Source of the DNA: the human T2T-CHM13v2.0 reference genome, Homo sapiens
Strand: one strand, 5' to 3'
DNA length: 64,000 nt
NCBI RefSeq assembly: GCF_009914755.1
Contig: NC_060927.1
Positions 1 through 12,925 of the stretch are shown here, piece by piece (position 1 is the stretch's first letter; each line of letters starts with the position of its first letter). Both the position numbers and the translations under genes were made by a program. The notes beneath the pieces are model-generated. The model was not told the origin of the DNA and did not search any database. It worked only from the letters and a program-made list of their open reading frames with translations.

Positions 1-623
1 AATGCTTTTACTTTTTTTTATTCCCTAGCCACAATCATCGCTTACCTGTGTTGTAGTTGATGAGGGGTGAGATAACTTGATCTCCCTACTCACAGTATCT
101 TTGCATTCCCCCTCTGAGATTCCACCTTCTTCTTGTCAAGTGGCAAAGGAAAAATATAAATGGATAAGTAATAGTATCATCAGGCCCACTCCTGAGTTCT
201 CCTCTTGCGTCTGTTTTGCCTTAATCACTAGTGCATATGCTGACTAGCTTCAAAGTCTTTCAAAGTTACATCTTGTGTTGATGCTAATTTGGAAAACAAT
301 GATAAGATTTATACAACAAATACTTTTCTCCTGATTCCCTTAGCAACCGTCTCCAAATTTGACAGGAAATTTCAATCCATGTTGTCAGGAAGGTAACCTT
401 AAGAATACATTTGAACGAAGTCAAGGAGGGTAATTGACATCCTTACTTCCATTCTGGGGTGCTGAGATCTTCCCTCACTGGAATAAGGTTCTCAGTGCAG
501 GGCAACTCAGACTCCTGCTTTCTCTCCATCCACTTTGCTGGCTTCCTGAATACAGTGAAGAGAGTCTTTTCTGTCCTTTCTCTAGGCTGAGTGGGGGTAG
601 AAGGACTGAAAGGACTAGCAAAA

Positions 624-1170
624 ACCATGGAATACTATGCAGCCATAAAAAAGGATGAGTTCATATTCTTTGCAGGGACATGGATGAAGCTAGAAACCAT
701 CATTCTCAGCAAACTAACACAAGAACAGAAAACCAAAGACTACATGTTCTCACTCATAAGTGGCAGTTGAACAATGAGAACACATGGACACTTGGAGGAG
801 CATCAGAACCACCTGGAGGATTTATTAAAACCTGATAGCTAGGCCCCACCCCCAAAGTTTCTGATACAGCAGGTCAGGGTGGGGCCTGATAATTTGCATT
901 CCTAAGAGGTTCCCAGATGATGTCGATGTTGCTGTTTCAAGAATCATACTTTGAGAATGACCAGGATAGTGTATGTATAAGGTATTCATACACTGGGTCC
1001 TGTCAGTGGGTGGTGGGATAGGGGAGGGATAGCATTAGGAGAAATTCCTAATATAGATGGGTTGATGGGTGCAGCAAACCACCACGGCACGTGTATACCT
1101 ATGTAACAAACCCACACCTGCACGTTGTGCATGTGTATCTCAGAACTTAAAGTATATTTTTTTTAAAAAA
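624..1170 (+). mobile_element. L1PA (L1PA6/7-like) 3' end, split by a foreign insert at 792-986
   Basis: accatggaatactatgcagccataaaaaaggatgagttc...gagaacacatggacac, then catacactggg...ggatagcattaggagaaa...agaacttaaagta and an A-rich tail; matches the primate L1 ORF2 end and 3'UTR. Confidence 0.9.
792..964 (+). mobile_element. MER5A-like hAT-Charlie DNA transposon fragment (one end truncated)
   Basis: catcagaaccacctggagg...ggccccacccc...tttctgat...ggtggggcctgataatttgcatt...actttgagaa; typical MER5A internal palindrome. Confidence 0.85.
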
Positions 1171-3094
1171 GGAAAAAGCACCCACACAATAAAACAAAAT
1201 GTAAAATAAAAAAAAGAAGTCCATGCCCATCTTCATTCTCAGAAGGTACTAACTAGATCATAATTTTCTAACTGCTGTCCACTGACCCTTGAGAAATAAC
1301 CAGATTATTCTTAAGAGATATTCTTAAAGCCATATATGTATTCTGTATCCCCGGCTTGGGGTAAAAATTGCCATGGATGAGGGGTTAGTTACAAACAAGC
1401 AGGTAAGATCAAGTTGCACACATCTTCATGCTGGAAACTAGATCCTGCTGCCCAGAGTGGGTGGGATTAAAGCAGACACAGGCAGGCTGAGCAGCAGCAA
1501 CCCAGCCAGGCCTGTCTGAAATGTCAGTCTTGGCTGCCCCATTGCCCTCTCCCTTGGAGGCACCATGGGCATTATCTTCTTTTCATGCCAGGAGAGGAGG
1601 TGGATGGGAGAAACCTGACCCTTTAATGCCAGACACCCCGTGCAGCTGTGCAGGGCTGGATTCTCTTGCTAGACTTGGCTGGCCTCCCTCTCTGTTCAAG
1701 GCAGCATTAAGAAGATTGATTTCTGTTAGCCGGCCATAATGGGAGACTATAATGGCTGCGAGGGAGACACTTGGCTTGTGGACACCTTGTACAGGTGCCA
1801 GTCACTTTGGGGGTGAGCCAGGCAAGGCTTCTTGCTTTTTGGTTTGATCTTCTCACCTCCCCTCCCCTCTTCCCCTCCCCTCTTCTCCTCCATTTTCTCT
1901 TCCCTTTCTCCTCTTCATTATCTCCCTCTTGGTCTAGAAATGCTCCATGTATCTAGGACTCAGACCCCTGTGGCTTTGGATCCAGTGTGCTCTCTCATTA
2001 GATATTCCCATTTGTCTCTGCCAACTGCACATGTGGGAGGAGCCTCTGCCACACCCCAGAGTAGGGGCCTCCCCACACATTCCCAGTGACATTCCAAGAT
2101 GGCCTTCAGGCTTGCAGGACAAGCCTGCAAGCTTTTCCTTATGGAGTTTGACTGCTCCCAAGAGGAAGCAGAGAGCTTGGCTGCCACAGGAGCTGAAGGC
2201 GGGTTCCCAGGAGCTCAACTTGACTGTGATTCAGTTTATGCCACTTGCAGACCTTTGGGGCAAGGAGAAGGGAATTTGGCTTCTGGTAGGTTGGGAGAGC
2301 TATTTGGGCTGGTGTTACCAAGGCACTGTGGTCAGTTAACCCTTCCTGGGAGGGGTTCTACAAATTCCGAAGCATGGGAACCCATGACTTCTTCTGTCAC
2401 AGGCCCCCTGATCTGCCAAGGGTGCCTGCAGCATTATTTGCTAGTCCCAGCCTCCCATCAGCTGCCCTGTGCTTGTAGAGGCAGCAGGGCAGAGATCACA
2501 GGCTGGCCAGGTGGAGAATAATGGCATCTCCTTCCTGGTTCTCCTCCCCCATCCAAGGCTGCAAGATCCTGCTTCTATTTGCTGCCACCAGCACTCATGG
2601 GTGAGACCAAGGCCTCAAAAAGATGGGAGGCTTACCCTCAGTTATGGGTGGGCACTATCTTGGACTTCCTTCTTGGAGGAGCCAGAGCCAGACTCTTTAG
2701 GAGCAGGCAGAGCCGTCTATTATAGCATGGCTGAGAAGGACCTTTGGAGGCCACTCAAGCTATCCACTTAGCACAGGCAAAATGGCACGCATAGAAATGA
2801 AGTCTATTTTGAGCATTAAGTTCCAGACACAGCTATTCCTAGAGGGAAGGAGTGAGGAAAAATTCAAGTGCACCCTGCTATGTTACCTCTGACCCAGCTT
2901 ATCTCTCACAGCAAACCATTTCCATGAACATCATTCTTAAATCACAACTCAGAATAAAGAGGACACAGAAATGACCACTGCCATTTCTCCAACCTCATGT
3001 CTTACATTTTCAGCAATTTGCTCTTCTAGTAAGCTAGACTTCAGCCCCACAGCCCACCCCCCCACCTTCTCTGACATTTCTGTTTACATCCCCT

Positions 3095-3400
3095 GATTAA
3101 ATGTTGCCTCCTCAGTGATGCCATCCCAAATGGCTCTGGATGAAGGTGCATCCCTCATTCCTCCAACAGTCATCCTTCCTGTCACCAGGTGTTTTTGTTT
3201 CTTCTACATAGCCTTACTGGAATCATCTGAAATGATCTTACTCATTGTATTTCTGTGCTTGTTTTTATGGGGAGGGTCTGTCTCTCTCAGTAGAGTTTAA
3301 CATTCCTGAGAACAGGGACCTTGGCTGTCTTGCATGTCACCATTTTCCCAGTGTCCAGCAGGCAACAGGGACTCAGTAGATATATGCTGAATACAATTGA
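3095..3400 (+). mobile_element. L2 3' end fragment
   Basis: aatgttgcctcctcag...cctgagaacagggacctt...cccagtgtccagca...actcagtagatatatgctgaat. Confidence 0.6.
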
Positions 3401-4199
3401 GTAACAGCAATAACAGCTTTGCCTTACTGATGCAGAGGCTTTCCTGGGGGTGGAAAGCACATCCCTCTGGGGCCAGAGAGAAGGAAAGGGGGTCCCATTG
3501 ACATGCTCTGGGGCATTATTTCTTAACTGACTCTTTGTCCCCTATGTGGCTGATGTGGCTCCCCTCCTCACCTTCTTCTTATTTCCTCCCACAGGGTCTC
3601 TCTGGGTGATGCTGATATCTGCATTCATGCTCCTCTACTATGCTCAGTCACACAGCCAAGAAACAATACAATAAACACTTTACTCTCCAACTTAGCACAC
3701 AAACTTAATTCTTAACTCAAGGCAATACAATGGCATACCATGATACTAATGTAACAAAGAGTAAAATTGCCTTATTGATCCACAAGTACCTTCTAAGGAG
3801 AATCCTGTAAAATGAAAGACCCTTTTGTTCCACTGAATGCCTTGATGGACTCTTGTCCACATGGGAAGCCTGGAGATGAGGCAGCCAGACAGGGTTCCCC
3901 AGGTGGGACAGCTGAAAGACTTTTAGGAATAGAAACGTGCAATGTTATCTTTGAAGATATATGTATCTCAGCAAAGTAAATATCTCAATCACCTGAGCCC
4001 TAGGTGAAGCCAACTTATATATAAATGCTGTGTGAGAGAGTGTGTGTGTGAACAGAGCGGGGTTCAAGCCCATTTGGGTCAGTATGGCATCGAATAGAGA
4101 TGTTTTAGAGGTCCATGCATTGAACTCATTAAACAGACAGAAATTTGGGGCTAGAATTGAGAATTCATATACCCTGCCCATATTACCTCCCCTCTTCAG

Positions 4200-5050
4200 T
4201 CTCAGTTATCTGACTTCCAACTGCCAGCTTTGGAGCCCAAGGGCTTTCTCTGAAACCTAGGAGGGCTTCCCTGTCCACCTTGGGCAGGCTGGAGTGCTGC
4301 GGGGTTGATGTAGTCTGGCAGCTTTTGACCAATGTCTGGTGAGAACTGGTGTATAAATACCCCAGCCCATTGGATGGGATAATTCAGAGGTCTGTGTTCT
4401 ACATCGGCCTCCAGTTTTGCCACAGGATTAATTTCCAGTCACCTCCGGTGGTGACTGTCTTAATAACATACCTTTATTGTCTTCTTCCTTATCTCACTTC
4501 CCCACTCACCTACCTATGTTTCCCTCACCTCCTGTCACAGCGAGGTCCCTATAAGCAGAGCCTGAGACAAGGGTCTCGTTCACGTGATTTAGTGGAATAG
4601 TGTCCTCAGGGAAGAGGAGACAGGGCTGTAAGATGGGGCAGGGAAAGGAGCTGAACAAGGATGCAGTCCTGGCTGGAGCCTCGCTTCAGCCCAATCCCCT
4701 GAGGGAACTTCCAGAGCACAGATTGTAACAAAGAGTTAGTGTCCCCTTCAGGTAAGGGGGCCAGCCTTTGGAATCCCTACTTCAGTTAGACATTTTCTGA
4801 GGCTTTCCCTGAAGTGGTATGGTAGCATATAATCTCCAAGCTGAGGCAGTGCCCATTTGGCCAAAGGCAATTCTCCAGAACAGAGGTCAACTGTGAAGTG
4901 TTGGCGGCCAATACTCACAGCTGGAGGATGGATATACCTTCCAGTATAGGGGATCCCAGGGAGCCCCAGAGAGTCCAATACGCCCCCTACTAAACTTGCA
5001 CCCTAATCTCTGTCTCAGGGTCTGATTCTGGGGTAGAGAATGGGAGACAT
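4200..5050 (+). mobile_element. ERVL LTR16-like LTR interrupted by an opposite-strand ERVL/MaLR-type LTR (~4533-4985)
   Basis: gtataaataccccagc, fragments ending aaacttgcaccctaatctctgtctcagggtctg; the inner piece begins tgtcacag...aagcagagcctgagacaagg, the reverse of the same terminal motif. Confidence 0.5.
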
Positions 5051-5611
5051 GTTTATCCAGATATTCAGGAGAAGGGAAACCTCAGATTTCTTGACATTAT
5101 ATTCAAGTTCCTATTTGTCCATCCGATTGCAGGGGTTATTTTGGACCATTAGGGGAGTTATCTAGACAGTGACGCTTCTCTCTCCATCATTCATTTGATG
5201 TGGAATGGTGCCTCTTCTTTTCAGCCGTCTCATTCTCACTGTCAATCAGCTGTGGATGTGGGGCTTCCCGCTTTCTTTCTGCAGGCACCCCTCCCGGTCT
5301 CTGCATCAGGTCTACACGCTGAACACTAAAAGCTGAAATGACAAAAATTGCCAGGTATTACCAATATAGCCAGTTGCTTTCTCAGAAAGCCACCTCCCCA
5401 CCCGGTAGTCTGTGGGAAGAAATATCTGTGGTGTTGTAGGACTGTGTCTCTGACTTACATTTTCTTCCTGTAGCCTAGGCCCTCTGGGATACCATGCACC
5501 GCAACCCATCTCTATGGGGCCTTGACATCCACCTAATTTTTGCCAGTCCCTGGCCCCAGAGAGCCAAATTCTGTGTCCAGCAGTTCCAGTCAGCAGCTGG
5601 TTCTGGGGAAG

Positions 5612-5895
5612 TTCTGCTCAATAGAAATATAATGCAAGCCACATATTTTCTAGTAACCACATTAAAAAGGTAAGACAAACAAGTGAAATTCATTTTAATA
5701 TTATTTAACTCAATGTATTAAAAATCACCATTTCAACATGTCAATATGAAAATTATCAACAAGATACTTAATTTTTTTTTTCATATTAAGTCCTTGGGAT
5801 CTGGTGTATATTACACTGATAGTACATTTCAATTTGGACCCGCTACATATCAAGTGCCTAATAGGCACATGGGGCTAATGGCTGCTGCATTGTGT
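5612..5895 (+). mobile_element. MER33 hAT-Charlie DNA transposon
   Basis: caatagaaatataatgcaagccacat...aagtgaaatt...tcaagtgcctaataggcacatggggctaatggct. Confidence 0.8.
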
Positions 5896-6974
5896 GTGTG
5901 AACAGAGAGGGGTTCTAGTCTCTGGTAGTAATTTTGCTTTGTTGACATGGCCTACCCACAGGGTCTAGGCTGGACTAGAAATCATGTGAAGCCAGGAGTA
6001 CACGCTCTTCTTGGTTTGGGGCAGCTGGCTGAGCCTGAAGTCATGATGAGGCTGAGGTGTAGTGATGGGTAGGGGTGCTGGAGGCCTGGAGGTCCTGTCC
6101 AATGGGTATTCTCCAGAGTTGGAGGTCATGGGAGCCAGGCAGTTTCTGATGCTGGTGGCAGTCAAGAGGTGGTGAAGATATGACACTTACTTGAGGTGCT
6201 AGAGGAACTTTCAGACCAGTGTTTTTAACACTTTTGAAACCATCCCAAGATACTAGCAGGGGTTGGGAGAGATGGACAAACTGTTAGGCTGAGGCTGGTG
6301 CTTTTTGGGGATCCAGGACTGCCTCATTCATGTGAGGCCAGATTAAAGCAAATATTGCTGTTCTGTGGCTTGTCTATTAAACATTAGGAAAGCCAACCAT
6401 TCTTAATTCTAATTTTTTAAAAGGAAGATTTCAAAAGGAAAGAAGTGACAAACACACATTTAACCAGCATGCTTTCTATTGCATTATTGAGTCCTCAGTG
6501 AAGGTGTTAAAAAAGGCACATGTTTTGTATTGACCTCTTTGAAAAGCACTTCTGGATTTTACCATTAATAAAGGCCCCTTTGGTTCTCACTCTCCAATTA
6601 GTTGTGTGATCACCTAACAGTGTTTTGATCTGGACTATATTTCTTGTTTTAATAATTAGTATTTCATACTTTAGACTCTTTGTGAAAAGCAGGATAAATT
6701 GGCCTTATTTCTTCTCCTTGATCAGCCACACATAGTGCTCCATAAAGAAAATGATCTTTTTTTTCACTCTCAAATGCCTATTACCTGACTTTTGAGCAAA
6801 ATATATACTCACCTCATTTTTCAGAGGGGTCTTCATCAATTACTGGACTTGTCTAATTAACTCACTTAAAATAATTTAAAACTCGAGAATTTGCTCAATA
6901 ACAATACATGGAAATGGTGAGTATTGTGGTTTCTAACTTTCACTTTCGGTAGACTTCAACCTTTGAAAGAATAG

Positions 6975-6976
<2 letters not shown>

Positions 6977-7010
<34 letters not shown>

Positions 7011-7284
7011 TGGAGTTTTGCTCTGTTGCTCAGGCTGGAGTGCAGTGGTCTTGGCTCGCTGCAACCTCCGCCTCTCAGGTTCAAGCAATTCTCCTGCCTC
7101 AGCCTCTCGAGTAGCTGGGATTACAGGTACACGCCACTATGCCGGGCTATTTTTTGAATTTTTTTAGTAGAGATGGGGGTTTCACCATGCTGGCCAGGCT
7201 GGTCTCGAACTCTTGACCTTGTGATCTGCCCACCTCGGTCTCCCAAAGTGCTGGGATTACAGATGTGAGCCACCGCGCCCGGCT
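6977..7284 (-). mobile_element. Alu (AluS-type), full length
   Basis: poly-T 6977-7007, then reverse Alu ending gagccaccgcgcccggc. Confidence 0.97.
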
Positions 7285-7467
7285 TTAGGCTTTTAAAAAC
7301 AACAAATTATTTTTCTGGAGGAAATTCAGAATAAATAACACACACACACACACCAACCACTATAGGAACTATTACACAGTCTTCTCTCATTTGTTCTGCA
7401 AGTTGCCTTTTCACAGAATGCTGTATTGAAGATCCACTTATGTTAAGCACAAATAGTTCCACGTCAC

Positions 7468-7766
<299 letters not shown>

Positions 7767-7877
7767 CACATCACTCTTTTTGACTGTTTCATGATATTTG
7801 ATAGTATGGCTGAATCATAGTTTAGTCATTGCCTTAATGACAATGACTAAAGTTTAGTTAGTCAATGGCTTAAGTAG

Positions 7878-8227
<350 letters not shown>

Positions 8228-8879
8228 ATTTTTGCTGTTTTAAGATTTGCTAGACTGAACACCTTTGCACACTGTCTTCTTATGTGGCTCCATGGTTGTT
8301 ACTCTAAGTTGGTGCTGAGCAGCGAAATTGTAATTTATAGAAGTGCCCAGTTTAAGCTTTTGAAGATAACTTCCAAAATGCCCTATACAGTAAAAATTTA
8401 TTCTACTACAATTCATACTTTTGCTATCCATATCTTTGTCTACATTTAATATTAGTGAACATTTGCTTTTACCAGCCTGTTGTGTGAAAAATTTTATCTA
8501 TTTTATGCTGGTAATGTAATTTTTCTATGGTAAATATATGCAAAATAATAAATATAGTGTACATATATATGAATACACAATTCAAATATTAATAATAAAA
8601 CAGGCACCCAAGTCCCTACTGCTCAGCTGAATATTGTCTTAGAAGTATCTCATGTGATACTTTCCAATTGTGCAGCAATAATTCACTCATTTTTGCTCCT
8701 GTATAAGAATACACCATGATTTATTTTTCTATTTTACAATGATGGGCATTTGGTTTATTTCCTGTTTTTTCCTATTATGGATTGTGAGCCTATAAGCTTT
8801 CTTATGTCTGTCTCCTGGCATACATGTGCAAGGGCATTGCTAAGGTATTCCCAGCCGTGAAATTGCTGAGTTCTAGGTA

Positions 8880-9327
8880 TAGTGGAGAGTGACAAAATGA
8901 ATTTTATCCACCCAAAATCATTTTCCCCATCTTACACATGGATGTTCATCTAGACTGCATTTCCCAGCCTCCCTTTTAGTTGGATATGGCTATGTGACTA
9001 AGTCCTCACTAGTGGAATTTAAGCAGCTTTCTATTCTGCTATGTCAGGATCAGAGCCTTAAGGTGGTGGGTGTACCTCCTCCATGTGTTCTTCTCTTTTC
9101 CCACCAGACAAAACCAAAATGTGGTGGTGAGCCAACTTCAATTTTGCAGAAACTGACTTGGAAAGAACTGATTACCTGAAGGACCGTGAGGATCAAAGTT
9201 GTCCCACTGACCAGGCTGTAAACTTTGGAACTGATAAGTGAGAGAGATAAGGTAAACTTCTTTACCTTTAAGCCATTTATTGTTAGTATCTTTATTATGT
9301 CAGCCTGTACTTACTCTAATTAATACA
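8880..9327 (+). mobile_element. MLT1 (H/J-like) MaLR solo LTR
   Basis: agactgcatttcccagcctccctt...ggctatgtgactaagt...tttaagccatt...ctaattaataca. Confidence 0.7.
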
Positions 9328-9628
9328 TAAAGAAGCACATGTTAAACTTCACTGAGTGATGCCATACTCCTATCCAAAACCTTTGAAGCAATTTACACTC
9401 CTACCGGCATTTTATGACAGCTCTTGTTGCTCTGTATTCTACGAACCCTAGCTATTGTCTGACTTTATTATGTTTACCTATCAGTGGGTGAGAAGCATTA
9501 TCTCAGTATTGTTTTCATTATCAAATGAGGTTGTACATTTTTTCAGATATTGTTAGCTTATTCATAGTTACTTGTATCTGAAATGTCTGTTTGAATCTTT
9601 TGCCCCCTTTTTAACACTGGATGCTTTT

Positions 9629-9896
9629 TTGTAGTCGAAATATATAATATAAAATTTTCATTTCAGCCATTTTAACTGTATAATTCACAATGCTATGCAA
9701 TCATCACCAGTATTTATTTCCAAAGCCCTTTTATCATTCCAAACAGAAACTCTGTACTCATTAAGCAATAACTCCCGATTCCTCTTCCCCCATCCCCTGG
9801 TAACCACTAATCTATTTGCTATCTCTGTGCATTCACCTACTCTAGATATTTCATGTAAGTGGAGACATACAGCCTTTGTCCTTTTGTATGTGGTAT
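9629..9896 (-). mobile_element. L1MB-type 3' end (3' half of a U6/L1 chimera)
   Basis: ccaaacagaaactctgtactcattaagcaataactccc...cccctggtaaccactaatcta...atttcatgtaagtgga, the reverse L1MB 3'UTR. Confidence 0.85.
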
Positions 9897-9997
9897 AAAA
9901 ATATGGAGTGCTTCACAAATTTGCATGTTACCTTTGCAGAGGAGCCGTGCTAATCTGTATCATTCCAATTTTAGTAATGTGCTATCAACGCGAGCAC
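9897..9997 (-). pseudogene. U6 snRNA retropseudogene, near full length and diverged
   Basis: reverse complement reads GTGCTCGCGTTGATAGCACATTACTAAAATTGGAATGATACAGATTAGCACGGCTCCTCTGCAAAGGTAACATGCAAATTTGTGAAGCACTCCATATTTTT, colinear with U6; small deletion in the ACAGAGA region. Confidence 0.95.
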
Positions 9998-10823
9998 TTG
10001 GGTGCTTTTGACACATTTATTTCATATTGATTTATAGAAATTCTTTATATATTCTAGATACTAATACTTTTTAAATTAAGTTGCAGATAGTTTCTCTCAG
10101 TGTATGGCTTAACTATGTTTATGGTGTCTTTTTACATCAAAGTTTTCATTTTATTAATCAAGTGTATCTGTATTTTCCTTTGTAGTTTGTGCTTTTTGTG
10201 TCCTGTTTATGACATTCTCCTCCTTACAGCCCACTGCATTTAGCTATTCTCCTATGTTATATTTAAAAATATTATGAAGTCTTCCTTTTAATATTGGTTT
10301 TCAGTCCACCTGGAATTGATATTTGTGTGAGAAAGGAATCAAATTTTATTTTTCAGATTGTCTTGGCAACGCTTATTGAATAGTTTATTCTTTCTCACCA
10401 TTTTGTAATACTTCCCTTGACATGGAGTTTTCATATATACATTGATCCTAAATCTCTATATCAATTCCATATTGTTTTAATTATGGTAGCTTTATAATAA
10501 GTTTTGATAGCTGATAAGGCAAAGCCTTCCATTCTGTTTGTCTTCAAAATTGTCTTCGTTATTCTTGCCTCTGCTTTTGAACTTCAGGGTCAAATTGTCA
10601 AATTCTTCAAAAAAATTATAGATTTTTTTTGTATTTGTATTGCATCTATAGGAAAAATTGGGGATAATAGCCATGAGATTTCTCACCCATAAACACAGTA
10701 TATCTCTCCAGTTATTTAAATGTTGTTTAATAAATTTTTATTTTTTCATAAGGCCTTTACAAACTTTCTTAAGATTTGTTCCAAGATATATTAGAGTTTT
10801 TATTGCCATTAAAATGCTGTATT

Positions 10824-11030
10824 ATTCATGTGGACACAAAGGTGGGAACAACAGACACTGGGGACGGCTTCAGTGAGGAAGGCGGGAGAGGGTGGTGGGC
10901 TGCAAGCCTACCCATCAGGGTACTACGCTCACTACCTGGGTGATGGATCATTTGTACACCAAGCCTCATTTACCCACGTAACAAACCTGTACATGTACTC
11001 CTGGAACCTAAAGTAAAAGTAGTAGGAGAA
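10824..11030 (+). mobile_element. 5'-truncated L1PA15/16-like 3' end
   Basis: ggacacaaaggtgggaacaacagacactgggg...gtaacaaacctgtacatgtac; TSD aaaatgctgtatt (10811-10823) / aaaatgctgcatt (11031-11043) at a TT/AAAA site. Confidence 0.9.
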
Positions 11031-12835
11031 AAAATGCTGCATTGTTAAAAAATTACTTATTCTTCTTTGTTGCTGATGTTTAAGAAAGCAACAGATTTTT
11101 ATATATTGACTTTGTAACTAGCAAACTTGCTCATGATTTTTGTTTGGTCTAATGATTTCCCTGTACAGTCTCTTGGGTTTTCTACAAAATCTTGCTGTCT
11201 GTGGCCTAATGTAGCTTTCTTTCTTTCTGTCCTCTCCTTATATTTTTCATCTCTCTTTTATGTCTTACAGCGCTAGCTCAAACCAGCAGTGAAATGCTGA
11301 CTGGAAACAAGGAGAGTAGGCATCCTTTCTTCTTCCCCACTTTAAAGAGAATGCGTCCGATGTTTTGCCATGAAATGTAATGTTTTCTCTGGGGTTTGGA
11401 TAGAAACCATGTCTCAAGTCCCTTTCTATTATTTTATTAAATATTTTTAAGTTGTGAAAATGTTCTGAGTTTTAATCAAATATTCTGTCTGTGCCTATTG
11501 AGATGATCATATATATGTTTTGTCCTTTAATCAGTAAATGGGACAATAGATTTCTCTAAAATTAGACAACTTTTTCAATCCTGGGACAAGGATTATGTCA
11601 GCTTCCTAACATCATTCAGGAAATACATCCTTGAGTGTTTGGATTAGAACCCACTAACAAAACCGTTTAGACTTAATGTTGTTTCTTTTTTTGGTGGGTA
11701 GATTTTTAATTATTGATTCAAATTCTTTTGTGAAAATCAGTCTACTCAAATATTCTATTTTTTATTGTGAATCAGGTTTGATATATTGTATTTTGTTCTC
11801 AAGAAAAATTGCTATTTCATTCAAATGGTTCACAGTATTTTCTACTGTTTTAAAGTTTTACTCTATCCGTATGCCCTCTTTTCCATCCATAACATTATTT
11901 AATTTTGTTTTGTCCCATTATACACTCCACCCCACCTCTTGCAAACTAGCACAGTCTTGGCAGAAGTTTTTTTGTATTTTATTAGTTTATTTTTTTCAGT
12001 GAGTAAGCTTTGAGATGTGGGAGCCTTGTTGATAATTTCTTTATTTTTCATTTCTGTGTTTACATATTTATCTTATCAATTTTCTTCTATTCTAATATTC
12101 TTTCTAATGTTCCAAGGTAAGGTATAAATTTCCTGTAGATACCACTTTAGCTGCATGCCAAGGTTTTGAATGGTAGTGTTATAATTATCATTAAATTTTA
12201 AATATTTTTCAGTACCCCTTATGAGTCCTTATTTAAAGTTTATTTAAATGCGTTTTTCAAAGTTTCTTTGGTTATTGATTTCTGATTAAATTGTGTTGAG
12301 GTCAGAGAATATGATCTGTGTGACAAATTATTTAGTCTTTATTGAGCCTTGCTGTTTGGTGGTAAGTCATCAGGTTTTGCAATTGTTCCACATATACTGG
12401 AGAAGAATGTATAATTGCTCGTGATTGGATAGGGCTCTATACATCCACTAAATTAAATTAAGTTGTTGCTTACTTCCATTTACTTACCAATTTTCATCTG
12501 CCTGATTTATAAATAACAAAATGAATTATGTTAAAATCACTTTCTAATGAGAGATTTGTCCATTTTTTCTTGAGATTCTGCCTTTTTATTCTTTATATGA
12601 TTAGAGGCTGTGTCTTAGGTACATAGAAACTCAGAATTTATTGTGTTCCTAAAAGAATTATTCCATTTATTATTATGTAATGATCCTTTTTATTATTAAT
12701 AATGCTTTTATCTTAATATTTATTTTGTTTGGCATTAGTCTAGTTATCCCAGTTTTAAAAAATAATATTTGCCTGTTTTTTTTTCTTATCTGTTTACTTC
12801 GAATACATGTGAGTCATCGTGTTTTTGGATGTATT

Positions 12836-12925
12836 TCTCCCATCCAAGTACTAACCAGGCCCAACCCTGCTTAGCTTCCGAGATCAGACGAGATCGGGCG
12901 CGTTCAGGGTGGTATGGCCGTAGAC
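12836..12925 (-). pseudogene. RNA5SP141: 5S rRNA retropseudogene, nt 1-90, 3'-truncated and tail-less; probably RNA5SP141
   Basis: 89/90 identity to human 5S rRNA nt 1-90 (only C63T); perfect 16-bp TSD ttttggatgtatttct at 12823-12838 / 12926-12941. The 5S identity is certain; the symbol is from recalled position next to EPHB1 and is unverified. Confidence 0.9.

Noticed and set aside
9897-9997. Functional U6 gene
   Set aside because: Many substitutions, a damaged ACAGAGA box, no recognisable upstream PSE/TATA, and retrocopy hallmarks.
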